A model generated the notes under the pieces. It did no database searches. It was not told where the DNA came from and saw nothing but the letters and a program-made list of their open reading frames with translations. The translations under genes were made by a program, and so were the position numbers. From the NCBI RefSeq assembly GCF_000372725.1, contig NW_005202427.1:186001-250000 (forward strand): a stretch of 64,000 nt of DNA. Direction: 5' to 3'. The DNA is from Emiliania huxleyi CCMP1516 (lineage: Eukaryota). Below, one piece after another: positions 55,197-64,000 of this stretch (within the stretch, counting starts at the first letter, position 1; each line of letters begins with the position of its first letter).

Positions 55197-58100
55197 TCAG
55201 AAGTCTATCAGCGGCTCCTCCGCAGGCGCCGCCGCCGCAATCGCGGGCCCCGCATCCCGCGCGGGGGCCGAAACCGCGGGCGCCGCATCCGCGGGCGCCG
55301 CGACCGCGGGGACCGCAACCGCGGGCGTCGCCGTAGCGGGAGCCGCCACAGCGGGAGCCGCCGCTGCCATTTCGGGAGCCGCCGCCGCCACAGGTCCCGC
55401 CGTCTCAGCCGCCGTGGCCGTCGCCGAGGGACTCGCCGTGCACGCCGCCAGCGACGGAGCCGCCACGGCAGGAGCCGCAGGCGCCTCTGGCGGCGGCGGT
55501 GTCTTGGGCGGCAGCGAGGTTTCGGGGATCGGCTCCTTGCGCTGTGGCGGATGCCGCGAGGCGGACGGCGGGGTGGGCGAGCGCTGCTCTGCCGGCGCCT
55601 CTGCGATGATCTCGCCGATGGTGCCCCCAAGGGAGGAGGCGACGTCGCTGATCGAGGAGGCGAAAGCGCCCAGCCCGAGGGTGCGCGCCGACTGCACGGC
55701 CGCCTCGCCAACCACCCCCACCGCCGCCTTGACGTCTTGTGAGAGCTCGACGCTCACCGCCGCAACCTCTCCGACGACCGCCGTTGCGGCGGCGGCGACC
55801 GTCGCGGCTGCGTCGGCGGGGGGGGAGCGCGGCGAAGGCGGCCCCTCGCCGCCGCTCGGCGGCCCAGCCTCGTCTGGCATCTCCGAGGGCAGCGGCGGCA
55901 GCTCGGCGAGGGGCACGCCGCCGTTGTGCGACAGCAGCTCCGCGCACCTGGCGCAGGCCGACAGCGGCTCACGAGGCGGGACGAGTCGGGCCGGCGTGGC
56001 GTGACGCGGCGGCGGCGATCCATCGGGGCGGGGTGGGGCCGGCGGGGCGGGAGGGCGAGCGCACAGAGCCGAGCCGGGCGAGGCGTCGTCTGCGGCAGCG
56101 GCAGCAACTGCGATCTCGTAGCATGTCACGCCGTCGCGCGAGTAGGAGGCGTCCGCTCCGGCAGCGAGAAGCTGCAGCGCCTGCGGTCCCGTGTTGCGAG
56201 TCGTGTTGCGTGCGCGAGAGGTGGCGGGGGCTGGCAGTTGGCCCGGCGGGGGTGGCGGGGGTGGGAGATGGCGGGGCCGGCGGGGGTGGCGGGGGTGGCG
56301 GTGTGGCGGCGGTGTTGGCGGTGTGTCGGGGGAGGGGGTGGGGCTGGCGGGGTGGCACCCGGAGAGGCTCGCCGGCGAGGCAAGCGTCGGCGAGCGCCTC
56401 TCCCAACGCGGCGCCGTCGGCCGGTCTCGCGCCCGGGCCGCGCGGCACCTCCTCGGGACGGAGGGCGAACTCGCGCAGCTCGTACTTGAGCCGGACAAAC
56501 ACCTCGCGCAGCTCGCGCGGGCCCGGCCCGTCGGCGCCGTCGGACGGCGCCGGACGGCGCACGGAGAGCGGCCGCCGAGCCTCCCACACCGCGTTGGCCC
56601 CCGAGGCCGGCGCGGGCGCCGCCGCGGCGTCACCGCCGCCGTCAGCCGGCGGCGGCGCGTGCGGGCCGAGGTCCGCCTCGTGGAGGTCGCAGGCGAGGTT
56701 GAGGAGGGGCGCCTCGCACGCGTCGAGCACCTGTGGGCAGTCGCGCCGCGCGTGAGGGCGCCGGGGCACGCTCCGCTCCGTCCGGACGCGAGAGGCCGGT
56801 CACGAGCGAGCGCATCTTCGAGACGTGCGTCCCCATCGAGCGGTGGCAGCCGGCACACTCGAGGCAGACTAGCACGCCTGTGGTGACAAGCACGCCTTTG
56901 GTGACAAGCACGCCTTTGGTGGCGGCGAGGGGGGGCGTGTCTGGGCGGCGGGCGGGTGTGGGCGGTGGGGGCGGGTGCGGCGGCGGGGGCGAACAGCGGG
57001 GTGGTTCGGCCGTACAGCCCGGGGCGAGGCGCGCCGAGGTTGGCAGAGAGCCACTCGGCGCGGGCGGCGCCGCAGTCGGCGCACGGCACCTCGAGCGAAC
57101 GCAGCCGCGCCAGTGCGGCAGCTCGCTCCCCCGACGACGGCGCGTGCTCCCCCGCGGAGCTGCCCTTCTCGGTGGGCTGGGCACCGGGCAAGCCGCCCGC
57201 GCCGCCGACGCCGCCGCCGACGCCGTACGCCTGCGGCGAGGTCCCGACGCATGACGGGGTCGCGGCTGCCTCGTGCGCGGCGCGCGGCGCCCCGCCTGCT
57301 CGATGGCGCGCGAGAAGAAGGCAGCCCACGCCTGCGCCGTCCCCTCCGTCAGGGCTTGCAGGGTGAGCTGCGCCTGCGGCCCACCAGGCGGGTCAGGGTC
57401 GCAGCTCCGGGGGAGGGGGGAGGGGGGCGTGGGGCGCGCAGCTGCTAAACGGTGTCTAGGAAGCGGAGCGAGTGGTCTGGAGAGTGTCTGGCAGCGCCTG
57501 CGGCGAGCGCAGCTGCAGGTACGAGCGCGTGCCGATGCGCTGCGGCTTGACGGCGCAGAGGACGAGCTCGAGGTCGGCGATGGCAGGCCGCTCCTGTGTG
57601 GCAGTCGCGACTCGCTCACCGCCACCGCCCCGCCACGCCTCTGGGGACCGGCACCCCCGGCCCGCTCCTCCGCCCCCGAGCCGCGCTTGTCGACGTTTGG
57701 CAGCGGGTACACGCGGAACTTGCCCCCGCCGCCGACGCACCAGCAGCGCCTCCACTGCCGCAGGATCCCGCCCTGCACGAAGAGCACGCCCTCCTTGCTC
57801 GCGAGACCGCCCTCGTCCGCTTGGAACTTGCCCTCGTCCGCGGCGGCGGCGGCGGGCGGCGCGGCAGCCGGCAGCATCGGCACGAACCCGCGCGCGAGCG
57901 ACTCGGGCACCGCAACCTCGGACGGCGGCGAGGAGGAGAGGGCGGCGCACAGCGCGGCCACCGCCTCGCCCTGCTCCTTGTGCACCGCGGCGGCCGCCAC
58001 GAGCGCGCCCGAGCGCGTGTCGGCGTCCGCCTCGACCTGGCCGGGCAGCGCGCGGCAGCGTGCGAGTCAAGAAGCTGCTCTGCTCGACTGAAGCCTCGGG

Positions 58101-59651
58101 CGGCCTCGTCTGCTCTCGGGTGATCTCGGAGCCCCGCCGGCCTCGGCCGATCTCCGCCGATCTCGGCCGGCCTCCTCCTCTCGGCCTGCGCCTGCTTGAC
58201 GGCAGCCTCGACGGGGGCGAGCAGCTCCTCGCCGCGAGAGGCGCGGGAGTGGGATGCGTGGACGAGGCCGCAGAGCGCCTGGATGAAGGGGGGGGGGGGT
58301 GCAGGGGGGGGAGGATGAGGGGCGGCGACCGGAGGGCTGGTCGGGCGAGGCAGGGTGTGAGGGGTCGGGCGAGGCGGGGAGGAAGGGTCGGGCGAGGCGG
58401 GGGGGAGGAAGGGTCGGGCCGCGCCTTGTTGAGCGTGATTCGCGTCTCCGCCGTCTTTTGGGCGACGGCCGACTCGAGCGCGTGCCGCGCCCGCAGCATC
58501 GCCTCTTCGTGCTTGAGGACCCGCGCCTGCGTCGAAGCGAGAGCCGCGCTGCCGGACAGTGCCTCGCGCGCTGTGGTCGACACGTCGCTCGCCGCCGCCG
58601 CGACGGCGTCCGCCGCAGCGCCGAGCGCCGCCGCCGCCGAGTCCGGCATGACCCCTCCGCCCTCGTCCGCCTCCGCGCCCGCCTGTTCGGACGGCTCCAG
58701 GAAGGGTCCGGGTGAAGGTCCGGGTGACGGCCCCGTGACGGCTCCGCCCCTCGCCCGGCCGCGCGCCTCTCCGCTGCCAGAGTCGGCGGCCGACGGGCGG
58801 GGCGACTCGTCCGCGCCGGTCAGGTCGGAGATCTCCTGCTGGCGCGATCATGATGATTACTCGTGTGTGAATATTATGATTCCTCGCATGTCGGAGATGA
58901 CCTGCTTGAGGCGCGAGCGCAGCGCCCCGAAACCGGCGCCGAGGCGAGAGCCGAGGGTGGATCCCATCGCAGACGCCATCTTGGCCGTCGCCTTGGCGGT
59001 GGACTTGGCGTGGGCGCGCGCCGCGACGGCGGAGGAGCCCTCCCCCTCCAGGGAGAGGAAATCCGCCAGCGCCTGTGGCGGTGTGGGGACGGTGTGGGGA
59101 AGAAGAGGGGAGCGCGCCGTGAGGCGTGAGGCAGCGCGGAAGGGGTGAGCAGGAGGCGCGGGGAGGGAGCACGACGGCCGCACCTCTGCAAAATCGGACG
59201 CGCTCGAGGCGTGGGCGGAGGAGAGGCGCGCGCACGCCGCGAGGCCCACCGGATCGTCGAGCAGCCCGGCGAGCGGCTCGAGCACGTTTTGGGCCAACTG
59301 CTGCTGCTGCAAGACATCCGCCTGCTCGAGCTGCTCAAAGGCTGCGGCGAGGCCGTCGAGGCGCAGCGGCTCGCCGCCGTCCGGAGCACTCTGCACAGCC
59401 TGCAGGAGCACGCGCTGCAGGTCGCGCCGCGCCGCCGCCGCCGCCGCAAGCGCCCGCTGGTACTCTGCCGCCTTCTCGACGGCGAGTCCCACTGTCTTTG
59501 TCATTCCGACCACGTCGCGCTTGGCCACTCCGAGCGCCTCGCGGTACGCCGGCGTGTCAGACTCGATCGCACGCTCGAAAACGTCGGTCGCCGAGAGAGT
59601 CATCACCTCCTTCAGACGCCCGACTGGCGTCGCAAGATGCATGGAATGCAT
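55197..59651 (-). CDS. ACAP/centaurin-beta-like protein: BAR, PH, ArfGAP and ankyrin domains with Ala/Pro-rich tail (multi-exon)
   Basis: DTPAYREAL (BAR start); KEGVLFVQGGILRQWRRCWC (PH); CADCGAARAEWLSANLG|VLVCLECAGCHRSMGTHVSKMRSL (ArfGAP zinc finger); LLAAGAD...CAELLSHNGG (ANK). Confidence 0.85.
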
Positions 59652-59689
59652 GGTGGAAAAGAATTTTTGCCCTTGCAGCGAGAAGCGGC

Positions 59690-59839
59690 GAGAGACTGCG
59701 AAGAGAGATAGGAAGAGGCAGACTCCCTAGGGTGGGCGACGGCTAGCGCATCACACACCTCTCCTTAAAATCCCTGTGTGGTGGCGGCGTGCCGTCCTCC
59801 CATCCCTCCCTTGGGTTGGCTGTTTTCTTTCTTTCTTTT
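59690..59839. repeat. Dispersed foldback repeat, copy 2
   Basis: Highly similar to 35538-35688. Confidence 0.85.
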
Positions 59840-60156
59840 ACTGGGCACGGGACTGGCGCGCACTGGTGCAAAAGGAATTGTGCGCGCAAAAATATCCGTC
59901 ACAAAAAGACTTATAATGTCGCCTTGTGGCCTCTGGCACGAACACAGGTACACCTGCAAAAAGAAGTTTGCGTGCAAGTGCTAAGATCCTGACAGCGATA
60001 ACGAGAATTAAACAGTAATAAACAAGAAATAGCCCCCCGAAGCTAGTCAACAGCTAGTCATGCGGCGGCTCGGCTTCAATAGATAGTCAACCAGGAAACC
60101 AGACGTACTCCGCCGAAGAGTGAAGGAGGAGAGAGCGCGTGCCCTGGCTAACCGGT

Positions 60157-63100
60157 TCAGACCGCCATCGCTGAGTCGCCGGAGCCAGGCGCCGTCGGCT
60201 CCGCTGTGACCGTGGTGGAGTCGCGCTCGGGCCGAGCAACGGTCCACGCGATGGCGGCCAGCGCCAGGACTGCGCCCACCGCAAGGAGCGGAGAAGGAAC
60301 CGCGGCGCTCTCGCGCTGCGCGGAGCTGTGCGCCGACCCGCCGTCCGCTGCGAGGGGAGCGAACGAGCTCAGTCGCCGCTGAGAAGAGCTCGAGAGCTGG
60401 CGCCGGTCGTCGTCAGGATCGCACGCGTCGCTCGACCAGATCAGATCGACGTCGTGACCGCAGCCCGTGCCGCGGGTGCAGTCGGCGCGCAGCTCGGCGG
60501 CGGTGCAGAGCCGGGCGCCGGCGTCGCTGCAGATGGCCTCGGCCTCGAGCAGAGGCTTGTCATGGTGGCAGCCATCCATGCCGCGGTCCGACTCCGCCCA
60601 CGGACAGCTGTCCCCACGCTTTGTCCAGCCGTTGATGGGCGAGTCGGAGCAGCAGCGCACCTCGTGCAAGGTATCGGCAGCCGAGCACTGGCCGGCGCCG
60701 CTGCCGCACCTGCCACGCCTGCCGCACTCGAGCGTGCGCCCCACCGACGGGCTCGGCGCGGGCGCGGGCAGGCTGGGGCTTGGCGCCGGGTCGGACGGGT
60801 TCGGCACGGACTCGGGATCGGCAAAGTGCGTCACCGTCCAGCACTGGCCCGGGGTCGCGTCGACCGGGTCGGGCTTGAGCGGGTACGCCTCGCACGAGCC
60901 GCCCGCGTCAAAGTCGAAGAGCGGCGAGCCGGGCGGATGGTCCTCGTTGGCGTCGCGGCACGAGTCGAGCTGCGACGGCTCGATCGAGCGGCGGTAGTCG
61001 CACCGGTTGACCACCCCGCCGAGCGCCTCCGGGCCCCAGCCGCAGCAGCAGTGCAGCGTGCCGGCGTAGCCCCGATGCCAGTGGTCGCGGACCCACCAGC
61101 CGTACGTGTCCTCCGTGTCCGAGCCGTGGCAGTGGCCGTCCGTGTCGAGCTCGTCCGCGTCGGGGGTGGAGCAGTGCGCAAAGTTGGAGTCGCGGAAGCC
61201 GCCCTCGGGCACCCACCCTGCCTGGGGCAGGATGCGGCAGAACCAGCCGCCGCCGCCGCAGTCGATCGGCCCGTCGAGGTGCGCCGCCTTGACGCCCTTG
61301 GCGGCGCACGACGCGGCGAGCGGATCGGGGCAGGCGCCGTCGGCCAGCACGGGCGTCGCCGGCGTGCCGTCGTGGTAGCGGCGGCTCGTGGGGTCGTCCT
61401 CCCACGGAGGGCCGGCGTCGTCTTCGCACTGCTGGCTCGGCCCGTCGGGGGCGGCGCAGTTGGCGCTGCCCGCGCACGGCTCGGTCGGATACGGCGGCGC
61501 GGGCCCGGGCGACGGCACCGGGCTCGGGGACGGCGCTGGGGATGGCGCTGGGGATGGCGACGGCGACGCCTGTGCATCGCTCGACCAGACCAACTGAGCG
61601 TCGTGGCCGCAGCCCGTGCCGCGGGTGCAGTCGGCGCGCAGCTCTGCGGCGGTGCAGAGCCGGGCGCCGGCGTCGCTGCAGATGGCCGCGGCCTCGACGA
61701 AGGTCTTGCGCTCGTGGCAGTCGCCCATCTCTGGCCCGTTCGACTCGGCCCACACGTCGCAGCCGCCGTTCTGGCGCCACCCGCCGCCCAGGTTCGTGTC
61801 GGAGCAGCAGCGCACCTCGTGCTTCTCGCTCGGGTCTGCCCACCCCGCGTCCTCCGAGCAGCGCCCGGCCCGGCCGCACTCGACCTTGCGGCGCGCCGTC
61901 GGGGCGGGCGAGGGCGATGGCGAGGGCGACGGCGAGGGCGAGGGCGGATCCTCAGTCACGGTGATCGCACCACGCATCGAGAAGTGTGGCGTACAGTGAT
62001 ATGGGAAGACACCCGTGTTGGCAAAGGTGTAGCTGAACTCGCCGGTTGACTGCCGCTCCGACTTGAATAGACTGCCAGCGTCCGCGGCGTCACGGAGGCC
62101 ACTGACCACGTCGTGCGGGATATCGGCCTGATCGAACATCCAAGTGACTGTATCGCCGGGTCGGATTGTGACATTGGCCTGGGAGATGTCGAATCCCCAG
62201 CTGATGCGGTGCGTCTGAACAGGCGGCGGCGCTTCGCTCGCCCGTTCCACGATGCCGGCGAAGGCGGCACGTAGCGGCTCGCCCCTCTGCTCAAAGAGGA
62301 TGCAGTGGCCGCCACGCTCCTTTGCAACGACCTGCACCTTGCCGTCAGCGTAGCTCGTCGTCTCGTAGCTGCCGCTGGTGGTGGTGCTCGAGCCCGCTGC
62401 AATCGCAATCTTGGAGGCGTAAGCCTGCGCGGCCGCCTGCACAGAGTGGAAGGTCACGTCCAGGAAGTCCACGTATCCGCCGTCGTATGGGATCACGCCG
62501 TCCGCGGTGCCGTGGGTGAACAGAACCTCGCGTGAGCCGAGTTGCGGAAGCGTCGTCGCGAGCTCGTACTCATTGTCTACGCCGCCGACGTAGAAGGAGT
62601 CGTCGTGGAACTGCTTGCGAGTGAGCTGCGCTCCGTCGGCAACGGCGGCGGTGATGCGGTCATCGTCGAGCTCGATCATCAGGCGATGAATCAGGGCGGC
62701 GCCGTTGGAGCAGCCGTAGAGCACGATGCCGGAGGGGCGAACGTTCCTGAACGAGGCCAGCACGTCGACGAGCTGCGCGATAAAGTCGACGTCGGGCGCC
62801 TTGGTGCCCTCGGAGTAGATGTTCCACCCCCTGTCGTAGCCAGTCGGAGCAACCACGATGTGGCTCTGCCGGAATGGCGCGAGAGGGCCGTCCAGCGCCT
62901 CACCCAGCATGGAGGTCCCATCCCCGCCGGCGCCATGCAACGCGATGATCAGTGGCAGGCGCGCCTCAGACCCGCTTGCTGGCACAGATACTGAGTAGCG
63001 CCGTTGCTGAGAGATCATGCCTTGCTCTGGTTGATTCCACGTCTGGCTGCAGCATCGACTGTCGCCACTCGTGAGCAGCGGCCGCGAGGGCGAGGGTGAC

Positions 63101-64000
63101 GGCGCGGGGAGAGGTGACGGCGACGGCGACGGCGAGGGCCCAGGCGACGGGCTCGGCGCGGGCGCGGGCAGGCTGGGGCTTGGCACCGGGTCGGACGGGT
63201 TCGGCACGGACTCGGGATCGGCAAAGTGCGTCACCGTCCAGCACTGGCCCGGGGTCGCGTCGACCGGGTCGGGCTTGAGCGGGTACGCCTCGCACGAGCC
63301 GCCCGCGTCAAAGTCGAAGAGCGGCGAGCCGGGCGGATGGTCCTCGTTGGCGTCGCGGCACGAGTCGAGCTGCGACGGCTCGATCGAGCGGCGGTAGTCG
63401 CACCGGTTGACCACCCCGCCGAGCGCCTCCGGGCCCCAGCCGCAGCAGCAGTGCAGCGTGCCGGCGTAGCCCCGATGCCAGTGGTCGCGGACCCACCAGC
63501 CGTACGTGTCCTCCGTGTCCGAGCCGTGGCAGTGGCCGTCCGTGTCGAGCTCGTCCGCGTCGGGGGTGGAGCAGTGCGCAAAGTTGGAGTCGCGGAAGCC
63601 GCCCTCGGGCACCCACCCTGCCTGGGGCAGGATGCGGCAGAACCAGCCGCCGCCGCCGCAGTCGATCGGCCCGTCGAGGTGCGCCGCCTTGACGCCCTTG
63701 GCGGCGCACGACGCGGCGAGCGGATCGGGGCAGGCGCCGTCGGCCAGCACGGGCGTCGCCGGCGTGCCGTCGTGGTAGCGGCGGCTCGTGGGGTCGTCCT
63801 CCCACGGAGGGCCGGCGTCGTCTTCGCACTGCTGGCTCGGCCCGTCGGGGGCGGCGCAGTTGGCGCTGCCCGCGCACGGCTCGGTCGGATACGGCGGCGC
63901 GGGCCCGGGCGACGGCACCGGGCTCGGGGACGGCGCTGGGGATGGCGCTGGGGATGGCGACGGCGACGCCTGTGCATCGCTCGACCAGACCAACTGAGCG
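60157..64000 (-). CDS. Large modular cell-surface protein (5' end outside window): Cys-rich repeats, PHB-depolymerase/LpqC-like esterase, cupredoxin and C-terminal TM anchor
   Basis: At least 1278 codons open. LHGAGG, YGCSNGAA, HGTADGVIPYDGG and GGHC mark the esterase; PHDVV...YHCTPHFSM marks type-1 Cu; HEVRCCSD...GARLCTAAEL...GTGCGHD repeats; (PS)n linkers; hydrophobic LLAVGAVLALAAIAW. Confidence 0.85.
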   Translation of the reverse strand, partial: AQLVWSSDAQASPSPSPAPSPAPSPSPVPSPGPAPPYPTEPCAGSANCAAPDGPSQQCEDDAGPPWEDDPTSRRYHDGTPATPVLADGACPDPLAASCAAKGVKAAHLDGPIDCGGGGWFCRILPQAGWVPEGGFRDSNFAHCSTPDADELDTDGHCHGSDTEDTYGWWVRDHWHRGYAGTLHCCCGWGPEALGGVVNRCDYRRSIEPSQLDSCRDANEDHPPGSPLFDFDAGGSCEAYPLKPDPVDATPGQCWTVTHFADPESVPNPSDPVPSPSLPAPAPSPSPGPSPSPSPSPLPAPSPSPSRPLLTSGDSRCCSQTWNQPEQGMISQQRRYSVSVPASGSEARLPLIIALHGAGGDGTSMLGEALDGPLAPFRQSHIVVAPTGYDRGWNIYSEGTKAPDVDFIAQLVDVLASFRNVRPSGIVLYGCSNGAALIHRLMIELDDDRITAAVADGAQLTRKQFHDDSFYVGGVDNEYELATTLPQLGSREVLFTHGTADGVIPYDGGYVDFLDVTFHSVQAAAQAYASKIAIAAGSSTTTSGSYETTSYADGKVQVVAKERGGHCILFEQRGEPLRAAFAGIVERASEAPPPVQTHRISWGFDISQANVTIRPGDTVTWMFDQADIPHDVVSGLRDAADAGSLFKSERQSTGEFSYTFANTGVFPYHCTPHFSMRGAITVTEDPPSPSPSPSPSPSPAPTARRKVECGRAGRCSEDAGWADPSEKHEVRCCSDTNLGGGWRQNGGCDVWAESNGPEMGDCHERKTFVEAAAICSDAGARLCTAAELRADCTRGTGCGHDAQLVWSSDAQASPSPSPAPSPAPSPSPVPSPGPAPPYPTEPCAGSANCAAPDGPSQQCEDDAGPPWEDDPTSRRYHDGTPATPVLADGACPDPLAASCAAKGVKAAHLDGPIDCGGGGWFCRILPQAGWVPEGGFRDSNFAHCSTPDADELDTDGHCHGSDTEDTYGWWVRDHWHRGYAGTLHCCCGWGPEALGGVVNRCDYRRSIEPSQLDSCRDANEDHPPGSPLFDFDAGGSCEAYPLKPDPVDATPGQCWTVTHFADPESVPNPSDPAPSPSLPAPAPSPSVGRTLECGRRGRCGSGAGQCSAADTLHEVRCCSDSPINGWTKRGDSCPWAESDRGMDGCHHDKPLLEAEAICSDAGARLCTAAELRADCTRGTGCGHDVDLIWSSDACDPDDDRRQLSSSSQRRLSSFAPLAADGGSAHSSAQRESAAVPSPLLAVGAVLALAAIAWTVARPERDSTTVTAEPTAPGSGDSAMAV
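60745..64000. repeat. Intragenic direct repeat: 60745-61600 matches 63145-64000 (offset 2400 bp)
   Basis: 856 bp with one mismatch noticed (60785 G vs 63185 A). The repeat continues to the window edge. Confidence 0.95.

Noticed and set aside
1..64000. Hundreds of long overlapping Arg/Ala/Pro/Gly-rich ORFs in the six-frame track
   Set aside because: Expected shadow frames in very GC-rich DNA with few stop codons. No family motifs.

Overview
Eukaryotic, very GC-rich, gene-dense nuclear DNA. The short introns frequently use GC-AG boundaries and contain minisatellites, a pattern best matching a haptophyte such as Emiliania/Gephyrocapsa huxleyi (inference, no search run). About 21 protein-coding genes are supportable, a few only weakly. 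Housekeeping genes: ALG9-type mannosyltransferase, ERH, USP5/UBP14, RPL7, a BAR-PH-ArfGAP-ANK protein, an F-box/kelch protein and a FAST/OPR-like helical repeat protein. Transporters and membrane proteins: an SSS symporter, SulP-STAS-cNMP, DMT/EamA and a YTP1-like protein. Other enzymes: a bacterial-type RecD2 helicase with an N-terminal targeting-like extension and an LCM-like methyltransferase. The most unusual items are (1) an EST1/SMG5-7-type helical protein with a Regnase/Zc3h12a-type NYN RNase inserted inside the helical domain, (2) an intronless 709-aa gene resembling uncharacterised phage/giant-virus proteins with a DUF2135/YfaP-like module, and (3) a large, window-truncated cell-surface protein combining a PHB-depolymerase-like esterase, an amicyanin-type cupredoxin and nearly identical Cys-rich repeats. 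Intergenic DNA holds several small mobile elements: TA-flanked MITEs, a Harbinger-like element with a Myb-like gene, a SINE-like insertion with a 17-bp TSD, a TIR-bounded segment with a captured KH-domain fragment, and a 450-bp duplication of the RPL7 5' region. Exon boundaries were read by eye. All family assignments come from motif recognition and need HMM confirmation.
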